A stretch of DNA of 61,372 nt, filler included, from Sphacelaria rigidula (Eukaryota): NCBI GenBank assembly GCA_964200075.2. It is 8 parts of 8 records of this genome, joined end to end, with 100 filler letters (N's around TTAATTAATTAA, not from the genome) between each part and the next. Parts side by side here need not be neighbours in the genome. Positions count along the whole stretch, not along the records: positions 1 to 7,585 come from CAXNAA020014215.1; positions 7,686 to 15,270 come from CAXNAA020014216.1; 6 more parts are not named here. One strand, written 5' to 3'. This document shows positions 1-13,195 of the stretch, piece after piece; positions within the stretch are counted from its first letter, which is position 1, and every line of letters begins with the position of its first letter. The notes beneath the pieces were generated by a model. It saw only the letters and a program-made list of their open reading frames with translations. It made no database searches and was not told the DNA's origin. Position numbers and translations under genes: made by a program.

Positions 1-1650
1 CGATCACGCTCATATTTTTCAGGTTTTGGGTCGGGTGTGTGGGTTGTGGGTTTGGGTGTGGGGGGGTGGGGGGGGGGGGGGGGGGGGGGGGGGAGGCGTC
101 TGTGTGTCTTTGTTCTCTATACCCCGGGTGTGACTGACCTGAGGACGGTTTTCTCGGGGTACCATGCTTTTTTCATTGGTTGTTGAATAGGTGTCAGGAT
201 GTAAGGAGGTGAGATTACTCATGGATTAATTTTGCTGCTGCTCTATGCGGTGTCTTGAAATCCCCAACACGGGGTCGGAAAAAAACGGCACAGTCATGGA
301 AATGATGAAGCACTTTTGTGCGCGCCCGTCGTTGTGTTGAATCATGTAATTTGACTCATTTCACCGTTGTCTGCGGCTGAAGGGCTGCGCCAGAAAAACA
401 CAACCATTTGCACATAATGAGATCAAATCACTGCAGCACACTTTTCCTGCCTGTGATTTTTTGCAACCGCACCACCGGAACACGAGGAACCCGATCGAAT
501 CAAATCACTGGACGAATTTCCTACAGTATGAAGCCCCCTGTTCTTTTCGAATAAACGGGCATCTTCATACCAGATACAGCCCGTTACCCCACCCCACCCC
601 CCGAGCTGTGAAGAGTACCGAGTCTCATGAAATATGCAGGGCAAACAAGTACACACGTGAAAAAAAAAACAGCACATCGGGCCACGAAGTATCAGGCACG
701 AACAAGGGGAAGGACACGCCCCACACTCAAACCTCGCCAGAGTTTCGAGTTGTACCACCGGGTCTGACTTGTATATGTGTTGCATCTCTCGCGACCAAGG
801 AAACCTTGGGTCGCACCCGACAAGACTATTACCTGTGGCAAGTATCTGGGTCATCAGTTACCCAATTAGGGAGTATATACTACATGCTGTCTGTGCAGCA
901 GTGTGGACGTGTCGACTGCATCCATCATCCTGCATTGTTTGCATCTGCTTTTTCCAGGCATTTAACTGCAATGTCTGAATAAAAGGGGCTTAAAATCGCA
1001 TCTATGTGATGTACCTATCCTCTGTATCCTGATCTCTCATACTTGCAAGTTGTGAAACACATTCTTGATTCTTGTCCAGAGCCGAGCGACCCGTCAAAAT
1101 GACGAAGTACATCTCTTTCTGCCTCCGTTTTGCTACGAGAGAACGCATTTTGTTGCACCTCATGGATGTTCTTGCAAATGACGGCATCGATTGCCAGAAG
1201 CGGAAGCAGCAGCAAAAACAGCAGGGTCCATGGAACATGAAAGCAAACACCCGTACACCTCGGGCGTACGCAATAGCAGTTAGGGAGGATGGACTGCAAC
1301 GGCGGCACCCCGCCCCCCCCCCACGCCCCCCCGCCCGCCCCACTTGCCCCACAGGATTTGAACCCTTGTGTAATTCAACTCTAGCAACCACAAGAGTAAC
1401 GCAGGCCGCGTCGGGGTGTTTTTGTTTTCCTCAGGGCAACAATACGCAAGGACAACGGAGCCACTTGTCAAAAGTAACGCTTGCGGGAAAGAGAGGGCTA
1501 ACGACCCTTTGTCCCGTGCTTGTGCCAGCTGTTGAGAAAATAACGATTGAGTGCAACATCCCGATGCGTTCTGAAGCGGGCAGGCACACGGATGTTGCGT
1601 TTATGTTCTCCACCATTTCTTACCATGACTCACACAGGCCTGCCTCTCAC

Positions 1651-2344
1651 CTTTCAAGAGAACAGCGCTCGTGCTGCACCAGTCTCCGCGAAACACAACA
1701 AACACCTTGTACACGCACTTGCGGCGCTGTAATTCTCTCCCTGTCCCTTCCGCAGCTGCCCTGCCCCCCCATGGGGAATTATCGAACTCATCCCAAATGC
1801 TCCGTCCTGCCTGCTCCTCCTGCTGCTGCTTCCGCTCCGCATCTGCCACAACTACTTGATTATCAGAATCTTGCTCCTCAGCGATGGCCGCAAAACTGGG
1901 CGTATCCATCTGCTGCCGGACAGCAGACCCCCCTCCCGGCCCTAAATCTCCCGATGGTGTCGATGGCCTATCTACCGTTGCTCTCCTACTTCTTCGGCGT
2001 ACCCAGAACCCGGGGGAGGGAGCTACTCCCTCCCCCTCCCTGACTCTCGGCGATGGAGACGACGTGCGGCAAGAGGTGCTAGACGTGGTGGGCTTTGGGG
2101 TGGCGCAGAATGTAGAAGGTAGTCGCTGTTGATGCGGGGGCATGCGATCCGTTCCAGCCCCGTCGTGTTGGGCTTTCGAAGTGCTTCCGCCACCGAAAAC
2201 CCACCTGGACAGGGGAGTTTTCTTGGTGGTAGTGTGCCGGGCTGTATTCCTGCCGTTGCTATTACTTTTGGCTGCGTCGTCGTCGTCCGTGATGCTGGCC
2301 GCTGGGGTGTCTGCCGTTGTAGTTATTGGCATTCCCATATTCAT
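1651..2344 (-). CDS. Large exon of an unknown gene: low-complexity region ending in a redoxin/AhpC-TSA-like motif (VVFRGDWCSTS)
   Basis: Long GC-rich open frame ending at donor AAAG|GTGAGA (1651/1650). VFVVFRGDWCSTS resembles the redoxin motif VLVFYRGxWCPxC. 5' boundary uncertain (ATG 2344 or an acceptor near 2310). Confidence 0.5.
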
Positions 2345-3407
2345 CAGGGATAGATAAATTACGGAGCGGCAGACGCCGTACTTTAGGGCGGATGCTTCCT
2401 ACAATATTTTTTTGTCGTGCACATAGAATGTACGGACTAGGGTATTAGCTTTTTTTTATTTTTTCAATATTGTTTCGTTGGACACCACCCCGTTCCCCCG
2501 CCAAACCTTGCTATAACTTGTTTTACCATAGCTTCCGGAGACCTAGTATTCCCTCTTCATCACATTCCATAGATTACTCAATATCACGACATCAGAGCGA
2601 GCGGATAAACCTTTTGAACCTTCAAAACCTTGGGTAGCCAAGGTATAATCAAGGTATAATGGTTGGGAATTCCGCACATGCTCGGCTCTTTGGCTTCCAT
2701 TGCTTTTTCTTCGATGTTTCTTTATGTGCGTCCCGGGCTAAATCCTGATACGATCGGAGTATTTCTACCCAACATCAGCGAACACCAATGTGGGACGCGC
2801 TGACTGAACTTCTCCTCTCCTTATCCACCATATGCAGTGCTTGTGCAGACGTAAACCTGGACATACAGCAAGTACCGTAAAGTATATCAAACAGTGTGTG
2901 AGCGTGCGCAGTAGATGGTTTCGCGTTAGTCTAGGTAGAGCATGGGTGCATGTCATCGGCTTCTCAGGATCTCAGCTCTCGTATCGTTTCAAGAAGGGTA
3001 TGGCACGTGAAACCACGGAAACGAACGTGGATCCTTCTTTGGCGGCTTCCTGTACCGGAAGAGCACCGCTGCATAAACATCAAGATACACGTCCAAAACA
3101 TCACACACTATCTGTACATTCCGGCTGACCGCACGCCATGAAACACGCCATGTGGAACACTGCCTACCCCACGCAAAGGTACAATTGATACTGTACAACA
3201 AACAGAGGTCATCGAGACGCCTGAAGATTTGAATTATTAATGTCCTCGAAACGATGATATTAGGCAATTCGGCACGAACGAGAAAATGTCCTGATTTAGG
3301 TACGAACAGGTGATATTTCCCGTCTGTGGCATCCAAAAATACGTGCGCGCTGAGAGTGCGCGGCGAGAGTCGAACATAAAAAGCTCAAGCATCTTATCTG
3401 TAGTTAA

Positions 3408-3506
3408 CCCTTAGACCGCGAGGCTAGTCTTCTGTCGAATCGGCATCAATTTCAAGTGAAAAGAAAGTATGCATGATCAAGAAAGACTAATCTCGCGTTC
3501 TAAGGG
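3408..3506. mobile_element. piggyBac-like MITE (99 bp)
   Basis: TTAA at 3404-3407 and 3507-3510. TIRs CCCTTAGACCGCGAG..TAGTCTT / AAGACTAATCTCGCGTTCTAAGGG. Internal AATCGGCATCA motif. Confidence 0.8.
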
Positions 3507-3752
3507 TTAAGAGACAGACTAGAATCGAGGCCTACCGACGAGTACGAGTATCACGAATGAAAAAATGGTACCCAGGAAGATACCTGTGAATGGCGGGATG
3601 TCCAAGTACTGCCTGTTTGTATCGTCTCTGCTAGTTTATGTATCAGTTCCTGTAGTTTAGCCCCACATGATGACAGGATTGAATTATCGGATTCGACAAG
3701 GATCCCTTGTATTGTGAAAACCCCAACCCTGCCAATTGATGGCAGTACACTA

Positions 3753-4101
3753 CGCTCCGGTGGCTTTTGGTAGCCTCGAAACGTTCTGACGGTTGGGTCG
3801 TGTGTTCAATTCTCGGAGCGATCTGAGATTTTCTCTCACACCATGCCCAACAGTGGAGAGCGACTATATCGTGGGTACATAAAATTCGACTTGACGGTCG
3901 ATGAGGGAAAGGGGTAGCTGAATCCCTCTCGCGATAAAAAATAAAGGCAGCACCGCAGAAGGAACGTGGGGTACTAAAACACATAAAAAAGAAAGAGCTC
4001 CTGTGTTGAACTTCCTCCTGTGTGACCCCGGCTGATACGCCCGCACATATACCGAAAGGTGTAGACCAGGCGTCCAGAATAGATGGGACGACAACATACA
4101 C
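3753..4101 (+). mobile_element. tRNA-derived SINE (family A), full length
   Basis: Degenerate A-box and B-box head, ~350-bp body and GATGGGACGACAACA(CA)n tail shared with six other copies in the window. Confidence 0.75.
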
Positions 4102-5093
4102 TCATCGATCTATTGCAGCATCTCCAATACACACAGTCAGTAGAATTGACGAACCACGTGACAGACCTTTGAGGCGGCGCTGCGGTTTCGCTCGCGCTTA
4201 TCGCAGGGCTACCAATACATTGTTGCATCATGTTCACGTCTCGCTATACAAAAACGGCGTTAGCTTGGCGTTGATGTTAGATGCGTTTTTCATGGGGGGC
4301 AACGATGTGTGCACGGTAAGTACGGAAACACACTTGGTTGAAAGTTGGCATGTGTATGTAACACAGTACAGTAGCCTAGACTGACTCATTGTGCACAGGG
4401 GTCATCCGTGCAATCGGCATCAATTTCACTTGAAAATTATTGTTTGGCCTGGTTTGGCCCAGATGACCTACCAATGCGGCCGTGGGGTTGACCCTTTGAC
4501 CGCCAGGGTGTGGGTCTTGTGGTGAATCGGCATCATTTCCACTGGAGATGACTTCCAAGACCCGCATCACCTACCCTGGCGGCCCGGGGGTCTTGCCCCG
4601 TTGATTCGCAGAGTGGGTCATATGTTGAATCGGCATAATTTTCACGTGAACAGTGAACACCAGTCGCAGACGACCCACGAGTACTTGCTTTCTTCAGCGA
4701 ACAAGGAAGACCAGTACTATACCAAAGTGCATGGGCACATTCATGCATGTGTCTGGAATGTCAGAAGAGAGAAGGTCACAAGAGAACACAGTGGAAAGTA
4801 GGGCGAAGATCTGCAATACTGATAGTCGGCATCTGTCAACTTGTGTGCTCCTTGCGTCTCTTTGAACAACCAGATGAAGCGTACACTCTGCTTCAATTAG
4901 CTGCGTGCAAGCCGGCTGCCCTGCCGGGTGGTAGTGTGATAACACTGCTGTTGTGGTGGGTGGACCATATCGTGTGAAGTGGACAAGGATACGGGCTCAT
5001 ACCTCAAAATTTCAAGAAACTGCTCAAACCTCTGAGTGGTTCATGGTAATCTGTGAGTGTAGGATGAAACGATACTACGCGCTAGTAAAGTGC

Positions 5094-5903
5094 CGGTCGC
5101 CTCGGTGGCTCAGTTGGTGAGCTCGAAACCTTCTTCCGGCGGTACTTTTTCTGACGGTTGGGACGGGGGGCGGTTCGAATCTCGGTAGGTTACATGATCT
5201 GGATTTCTTTCTCGCGTCATGCCCAACAGTAACGGAGAGCGACTCTGTCACGGGTAGACGCAATTCAACTACGACGATAGAGAGAGACCGCTGAGCCTCT
5301 CTCTCTCAACGTAAAGAAAGGTATGCACCGCAGAAGAAGGGAGGGGGCTGCTATAATGTCATGGATCGACCCGGTCCCAAGACAGCATGGGGTCTTCCTC
5401 AAACTTCTAGGATTAGTCTAGAGATGTGTCGTGTGAACGTTTCGAGCACCAGAGGCCGCCAAGCCCATGGCATCACCTTCTCTTTAGACCTCACTTACGA
5501 TCTCGACATTAGGCACTAGGGCCAGCCATCAATACAAGACACAACGACTGCACTCCTGATATTTTTCATCCTGCCACTGCTGCCTCATCATCATTCATCA
5601 TCACTGAGCACCAGGTCAAGGATCTGCCCGCAAGCGGGAGAACACACATATACAGGTAACTCTCGATAGTCTGGGGTCCACGAGCAAGGCATTTGGAGGC
5701 AGTCATCTGTGCATCCAGCCAGCTGCTCCCACATAGCCTTGCTAGTACTCAACGCACGCAGCATATCTCGTCAAGACCCGTTGCCCTAAAACAAAGTAAA
5801 ATTTCCTGGGTTGATCTTCCTGTGTGACCCCGCCTAATGCGACCACATATATCGGAAGGTGTAGACTGGCGTCCAGAGTAGATGGGACGACAGCAACACA
5901 CAC
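5094..5903 (+). mobile_element. SINE family A copy interrupted by a ~430-bp insertion (~5357-5790)
   Basis: A-box TGGCTCAGTTGG and B-box GGTTCGAATC in the head. Similarity to 3753-4101 stops near 5355 and resumes near 5786. Confidence 0.7.
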
Positions 5904-7585
5904 TGCAGCCGGGGTCCGAGCACAGTGCGATGGGTCGCCAGGCCGGCATGACCGCACTATGCTAGGACCCAACACAATCTTGACTGATATGGTGCAATCG
6001 ATTCACCTAGTATGGAGATAATAATTACTGTACTCGATCGGAATTAATTGTGACAAGTGATTTTGACCGCCCATCGCAGCGAGACCCCGTACTTCAGGCT
6101 ATCTCACTGTGGTGGGACGCTACCGTACACGGTAAACCTCCATATATATGAACCTCGTATCATGTGAACCTTGCACGAGCAGTAGTTTTTGATCGACAGG
6201 CACTACTACGTGAAAAATGGTCATCTCGGTTCTTATACTACCTACTTCCTCTGTCCCATAAGATAAGCCCGTTTTAAGGTTTTGCCGCATTTCTTGTGCT
6301 TATCTTCGGCTTTTCCCGAGCGTTTTTTTGTTGTTGTTCTCGTGAAGTTTCGGAGCAATACTCGAAACCAAGGCTTTTGCCGAGCACCCAATAGACAAGC
6401 AGCTACTCTCACGGTGATCAGAGTGTGTCGGTCATGCACAACCGGTTGACAGCCGTCCCATCGTTTTTTGGGGAAACGATTTTTTTTCATGGTTCCCGAG
6501 GCGTTTCGGAGAACCGCCCGAAACCGTCAATTTTCAGTCTGCCGCCGCCGCCGCCGCACCATTTGAGCACGCACCAGTCCGTGCATACCGGATTCGGGGG
6601 TATACGCTCCCATCCCGGGGACAATATCATGCTGTCCCCGGGTCTGGAGGGTCTTACTGTTCTCACATATGTTCCCAACATCTCGAAACACACTGCCGTG
6701 GGTCTGAGCATCGAAAAAAAGGTTTTTGTTCCCCCTGTATCGCACACTGAGCCAAAGTTCTGCCAAAACTCTGGCTCTCCTTCGCAAAATCTCACAGCAG
6801 AAGCCCACTTTGTGATTTTTTCACGCCGGGGATGATAACATGTGATCCCCTGGGACTATGATTATTATTTTTCACATGATGGCAATCATAGCTCCATGTC
6901 GAAGACATGCTGGAGGTCCGTATGTCGAAAACAACTGTATTGGATCATTATCGCAATTTTGCACCACGGGCTTATCCAATAAAATTTTCCAAACGGGCTT
7001 ATCATGTGGGATAGAAGAGGAGGTATGAGCTGGGCCAGCCTAAAAACGGATTGAAGCTCTAAAAGTAATATATCATCGACACACACGAGTTGGGCCGTGA
7101 TCCGCATATATATCGTATTATATTGATCGTCTTATCAAGGAGAAGGTGCCCATCTGCTCAAAAGTTTGGGCCCATATTTTTTCGTTGATTAAACCCCCAT
7201 GTCTAGTAATTCCTATACCTAAGGGAGATAGGCCCAAATCTAAAATCTCTATGAAACTCCCGATCGTTGCATTCAGGGGATGGCGACGAATTTTGGTGTG
7301 GAGAACCACAAAAGAGTGCCGAAGAAAAAAAAAATGGGCATTCCATTTCTTTTTTTCTTTTTCATAGAGGTTAGGGCGTTCTCGTGAAGAAATATGGTTT
7401 TTACCATAGTAGAACGCCCTAAACCGGTGGAAAAAATTGAAAAAAAATCAACCTGACCCACTTTGTTTTGTTGAGTATGCCCTAGCCACGCCCCACACAA
7501 AGTTTCACTACACAAACACCAAACGTGGGCCGGTAAATGGCCTGCAAAATACTGTTCCGAATTTCTTCGGACCCTGTCACTAAAC

Positions 7586-7685
7586 NNNNNNNNNNNNNNN
7601 NNNNNNNNNNNNNNNNNNNNNNNNNNNNNTTAATTAATTAANNNNNNNNNNNNNNNNNNNNNNNNNNNNNNNNNNNNNNNNNNNN
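7586..7685. other. Artificial scaffold linker N44-TTAATTAATTAA-N44
   Basis: Six-frame stop linker inside an N run, identical at seven positions. Confidence 0.97.
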
Positions 7686-7869
7686 GGGGGAGGGGGGAGG
7701 AGAGGGGAAAAGCAAGGGGGTGGGTGTGGGGGTGGGGGGGGGGAGGGGGCGGGGGGGGGGGGGGGGGGGGGGGTTGTATTCATGACCATGCGATCACGAT
7801 AAAGGGTACATGCGAAGGACGCTATCGCCAGACGTCCGTTCATAAGAAAACACTCGCTCGGGGAAAAAG

Positions 7870-7903
<34 letters not shown>

Positions 7904-8171
7904 CTCTGCTCCAAATCAACCCTAAATAGAAGAGAAAACTCGAAAGTACACGATTTTTTGTGGTCGTGACAACATATGAAAACGAACGCAAAGTGGAAAC
8001 GTACAAGCACACAAAAAAACAATCAATCGATGATGACGAATGGAAGACTAAAAAGCAGCGGAAAATGACGACCGAAATAAAAGACGGGAAAATCGTGGAA
8101 AAATCACGCCAGCGGCATGGAGGGGAAATTCATCATTGTAATTTTATCGTCCATGATGCTCTAACACTCAC

Positions 8172-8246
8172 AAGTGCCACTTCCATCAGTCCAAGGAAAT
8201 CAGGCGCGTAGGTGGTTCCGATGCGGCGGGCAGCGGCTCGGCGAAT
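8172..8246 (-). CDS. ACC: Acetyl-CoA carboxylase (homomeric) exon, start of carboxyltransferase region: IRRAAARRIGTTYAPDFLGLMEVAL
   Basis: CAG acceptor, GTGAGT donor, 75 nt, phase 0. R.AAR..GTTY..DF is the characteristic ACC motif. Confidence 0.9.
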
Positions 8247-8783
8247 CTGTTGGACAAAAAACAAAAGCGAATAAAAGAGTGAGCATGCCATGTCGTGGTG
8301 AGCAGCTCGGGAGGCATATCTAGAACAGTACAGTGTGGCGATACACCGGGACGTGAGAGCGGCGATCGCTTGATATTGAACGTCAGCAACTATACCGGAT
8401 GTTGACCACACACTCACTCGAGAGAGTATCCATCGAGCGGAGATATGGTGCTCCGTCTCGCTCGCCAGGGAGGAGTGGTCGATGGAAATAGTACAAGTAA
8501 GGCGAGCAACAAATGACTCCCCCCCATCACTCACGAGACATGATATGCCAAATCGATGATGTAGCGACTTTGAAGACCCGACACTGATAATTTGATACAT
8601 CGATCGATCTGGTGTCGTACTTCGACTGCATCCGTCAATAATACAGCCACGGTCACAAGAAATGTCAACAGCAGGTGGGTCATGCTACGATAGGGGGGGG
8701 GGGGGGGGGGGGTGGGGGGGTTTTTTTTCCGCGAAATTCTGCTGCTTTTGCCTTTAAAATCAACAAAGGTTTTTNNGGAGCAA

Positions 8784-8852
<69 letters not shown>

Positions 8853-10004
8853 CTGGGGCCGTTTTTATTCCGCGAAATTCTGCTGCATTTGCCGTTGAAA
8901 TCAACAACGGTTGTTCGAACGTGCTAGTTCCCGATGAATAACGCTCATTCATACTGCTCGACACCGCTTTTTCCCGAATAGAAGCGCACCGGGAATGTTT
9001 GCGGTCGTATGACGCATTTTTGACACCATTTTTTCGTGGGATCTCCCCCATCACAAAATACGTCCTTCTTGTGGATAAGGACCGTGACTTGGGTCTCTCG
9101 GAAAGCAGTTTACCCTTTCGGAACCATCGAGGGAAAGATGATGATTTTCAATTGGCGTTTTCTTGAGCAAATATGGCTGTTTCCCTGCAAGTGCTGATGA
9201 TGTCGCCCACCCAAACGGTGCTCTGCTCCAAGTTCAAGTATTATACTAATGCGACGGATTCTTCCCGGTGACGGGTGCACTGTTTTTCGCGAGTTCCAAA
9301 GGAATGATTGATTTTCAATCATCAACCAAACAATCGCTGAGGGAAAACTAGATTGATCCGCACCAAGAGGCTCGTCGCGGGGAAGTCGAGGCGTTAAGGA
9401 TACGACGGTGGGTGGCGACAACAAAAAAAAGCGCGAGATATAGATATATCGCTGTATGTTCGCTCTGACTGTCATGTATCCCACGCTCTGCACGACAGCT
9501 CATCTTGTCCAAAAGTGTACTGCGTACAGTGTCGACTATTGCGTCCTTTACTCCATCATTTTCACCATTATTTCATTTGTCGCACGTTGGACCCCTCACT
9601 TTCCACGGGACGAGTCCGTGGTCCCAAGGCATCAATAAACCCATCCCTCCCCGGTACACGCCTTGCATTTTGGTCGCGCGGGGTGGGTCAGCACTCCCCC
9701 ACCGCCTTAACTCGTCAGACAAATTCAGTCGATTACCGGACTTTATTTTCTCACGTTCTCACGCTTTCCACAATGGAAACCAGATTTTACCGAGAAAAAG
9801 TCCAACGCATCGGTAATCGAACCTTCGTTCTCTCCACCCCAATGACGACAGTCCGACAATTACACCACCGAGGCACGCATTGCAATGGACAATAGTCTTT
9901 ATACTGTACGCAGGACACTACTCGGCAAAATGATATCTCATTGTCCAGAGTGAAAGGTATCCATCCGCGGTAGATAACCTCAAAAAAGGAACCTTCTCAG
10001 TATA

Positions 10005-10553
10005 CAGAAGTCGGCGGTTCAACTATTCATCCTGTGGCATTTCGTAATTTTTTCGTAAATGGCAATTTTCTGGGGCTCTTTTCGCTCGCCACCGCTCATG
10101 ACGTTTGGGATCTGAAGATATTTGTATCCGCTCCACATTGCAAGAAATAAAACAATTGCACTCAATGATGAGTGACTTACGGGCTGACCAGTCATGGGGG
10201 GTCCTGCCACGTTTCAGCCCAGACCCTTACTCTTCGGTGTATTCGGTCGATTGAGCCTGTCCTGATTGTATTCATGAAGAAATGTGCAGTTTTATTTTTT
10301 CGAAATTGTACCTACTCGTTGCACTAGAGCCGAAAAACTGTGTTTCACGGTCAACAACACCCTCCTGATAAATGGGGGATTTACTCGTTTTGCCCGATAA
10401 TACCAACTAGCACTGACTTGGAGTACTGTGCTTCGAGGATGGTCTGTTCACTGTACCAAAATCTACCGATGCTAGCAATTTTGAGTTTTATCAAAGAGCA
10501 GTACGCGAGGAAAACCCCAAAACACCCCTGAATAGTTGGACCGCCCACTACTG
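10005..10553. mobile_element. Tc1/mariner-like MITE (~550 bp) in an ACC intron
   Basis: TA flanks, TIR of CAGTAGTGGGCGGTC.AACTA type, colinear with the copy at 29279-29828. Confidence 0.8.
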
Positions 10554-10571
10554 TAGGTGAATCTCGAATAC

Positions 10572-10754
10572 CTGCACGGAGTTGCTGGCCGGGTAAGGGT
10601 TGAGCATGCACATGCCTTCGCCGTCGCCCTCGTCCTGGGTGAGCTTGCACCACTGCTTCGTCACTCCCGTGATGGCGTCGGGGTACTCTTCGAATCCGTC
10701 CATGCGGAGCCACTGGCCAGACATGGAACTCGCCATCAGTCGGAGAGGGGTGAC
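10572..10754 (-). CDS. ACC: Acetyl-CoA carboxylase exon (VTPLRLMASSMSGQWLRMDG...NPYPASNSVQ)
   Basis: CAG acceptor, GTATTC donor, 183 nt, phase 0, in frame with neighbours. End of the ACC central domain. Confidence 0.88.
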
Positions 10755-11448
10755 CTGACCATCAGTATCACGTGATGCACAACGAATCAGCCATGAGAGA
10801 AGGGGACGGGTGGAATATTCATGATACTGCATTGCATGCCGTAGCATACGATCATTCACCTCGGGGTTAGGGGGGGGGGGGGGGGGGGTGGGGGGGGGGA
10901 GGGCGGCAGAAAAAAGGAGAGGGAGTAGGCAAGCAGTGGGGGGGGGGNNNNNNNNNNTTCTTTTATCTGTTTGGCTTGCGTGCACATTTGTTCTTTCACG
11001 TGGGGGGGGGGGGGGGGGGGGGTTGTGGGATCAAGGTGGGACGCATAACAAAAGATATGGATTTGAAACGCCATGAGCGACGGGGCAGATCATCCGCATC
11101 ATCTTCAACAAACTGGTATTGATTGTTTGATTGAATGCCGGTTGATTGTGGTATGTCAACTGACCCCCCAGGGGTCCAGCCGTGGTCTCGTGATAAACGT
11201 ACCCAAGATGAACAAAACTGAAACACTCGCAAGAAAAAAAAGGAAAAGAAAAAAAAAAAGGTCAAAAACGACACAAGAGGCCAAGACATGACGAACAAAA
11301 TTAATGAATCAAAATAATAAATGAACAAAAGTGAAGCACAGAAAGAAATGGCCGGGCTTCAACCAAAAATATATACATATATTTAAACTTTTATAGATAC
11401 ATGACGAGTCGGGTCGTTCCAAATGGTGCCGGATCGGCTCAGTCGCAC

Positions 11449-11556
11449 CTGCCCCTTGCCGTCTTCTCCGGAAGCGATGCGCGCTTTAACTTCGATCTCG
11501 TCCACCCGCAGCTTCAACAACCGAGTAGCGTGCCTGGAGATGAGGGTATCCATCAC
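11449..11556 (-). CDS. ACC: Acetyl-CoA carboxylase exon (VMDTLISRHATRLLKLRVDEIEVKARI...)
   Basis: AAG acceptor, GTGCGA donor, 108 nt, phase 0. RL.KLRV...E.K is an ACC central-domain motif. Confidence 0.88.
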
Positions 11557-11942
11557 CTTCACAGCAGCAAAATACAAGAAAAAACAATGAGTGATGCCGA
11601 GATACCTCCCCCAGAAAAATGGCTGGTTCATGGAGGAAAAATAAATGTAAACCAAAGAGCTCAAAGCCGCGTTCACCGAGCAGCTGGGAACTTCCACGCT
11701 GGGCGCGTTATGGCCAACATCACCCATGTGCGGGGCTTTATGCAGTCTGTCACAAGGTTCGGCGTTACCAGCTGAGCTACCGTGGCGGGGCGATCAGCAT
11801 ATGTCTATACTACATAACAAAAACGCGACAAAAATTGAACTGTACACACATCCCTGTGAAGTCTACAAAAAACAATCTCCTGTGCGGGAATATTCAAATG
11901 TTTTTCTTCCGATATCAGTTCAGTATAATATTCGACACCCAC

Positions 11943-12083
11943 CGTCTTCCACTCCGCGACGACTTGCTTCGGCACAGCGGTGAGCTCGGGCATCATGTGC
12001 AGGAAGATACGGGTAGAACAAGCAGGGTTCACGCGTGTGTCCAGCATGGCCCTCTCTAGCTCATCCATTGCCATCAAAAGGGC
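11943..12083 (-). CDS. ACC: Acetyl-CoA carboxylase exon (ALLMAMDELERAMLDTRV...RIFLHMMPEL...)
   Basis: TAG acceptor, GTGGGT donor, 141 nt, phase 0. AMDELE...IFL motif. Confidence 0.88.
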
Positions 12084-13081
12084 CTATGATAAATATGCAC
12101 ACACACAAGTAGAGAGCATAAGAGAGCGCGCAGACGCGCGCGGCAAGGCAGCACACATGAAAAAAACATGAAATCCAAGACTTGAGGGGTAAAAAACGAT
12201 ACATTGACATGAACATTAACTTCATGGTGAGGGGGAGAAAAATATGAATTGGTTTCTCCCTCGACTGAGAATCCGGACGTCTTCAGAGAAGTCAGAGAAG
12301 TCAGCGGGTCAGACGAAAGTATCATGAAAAATTTGGGCTCAAAAACAAAACAGAGAGGACGTCAGACCACGAGTGCAAGAAAAAAAATCACCAAACCTGA
12401 AATGTCTTGCCAGGCTTTTTTTCAACGTGAAAAGGTTGCAACAAACCCACGAGCCGACCAACTACACTCATCTTTGTGTTTCCTGGGTGAAAAGACTTAC
12501 AAAGGATAGTACTACTTGTTCCGATCGAAGTAAATATGAGCAACACACCCATCTTCAAAACAGTGCCAGCTGAACTATTTGGTCAGAATTTTCTCTTTAT
12601 GCCGGAAAGAGGCCATCTGCGGAATCTGCGTCAACTTTCGTTGAATTATGACCGCGTATCCAGATGATTCACCGTCGCAGTCCATGAGTTGAGCAAAAAA
12701 AATGAACACACTTTTTTCATCATTATATTCATCATGTAGCACTTCGAACCCCTCCCGACGAGTCTGTGGCCTCAAGGCATCACCCCATCTCACTCCTATA
12801 GACATGAAAATGTCGAAACAAAAAAATGGAGAAAGTAAAACGAGATATGTAACATCATTACACCAACACCAAGATTTCGAACCTCCCCGCATGTCTTCAT
12901 GGACAACCACACCATGGATAATGACCATTTATGGTCAAAAAGTGCACCAGCCAGTGAGTGTATAAGGTTATGTGTAGTAGATCTATTACAACTGTTGTCC
13001 GCAGTCAATGGTCGCAATACGCTCATGATTTGTCCAGGGTGTGTAGGCAACAAAATAGAACACACCATGAGAAACACTAAC

Positions 13082-13195
13082 CTGGTTAGCGCCCTCCATG
13101 GTGTACGTCTCCGGACGGTGGGAGATGGCCCTGAGGAACAGCGTCTGAGGTGTGGACCGCGTAAGTGCGCTTCCACGCTCCACGCCAAGGTAAAT
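13082..13195 (-). CDS. ACC: Acetyl-CoA carboxylase exon (IYLGVERGSALTRSTPQTLFLRAISH...)
   Basis: CAG acceptor, GTTAGT donor, 114 nt, phase 0, bridges its neighbours in frame. Confidence 0.85.

Noticed and set aside
1072-2043. 323-aa plus-strand ORF
   Set aside because: Largely antisense to the minus-strand exon, with no recognisable motif.
8690-8915. Direct duplication around a long G-run
   Set aside because: Spans NN and poly-G; probably an error-rich overlap artefact.
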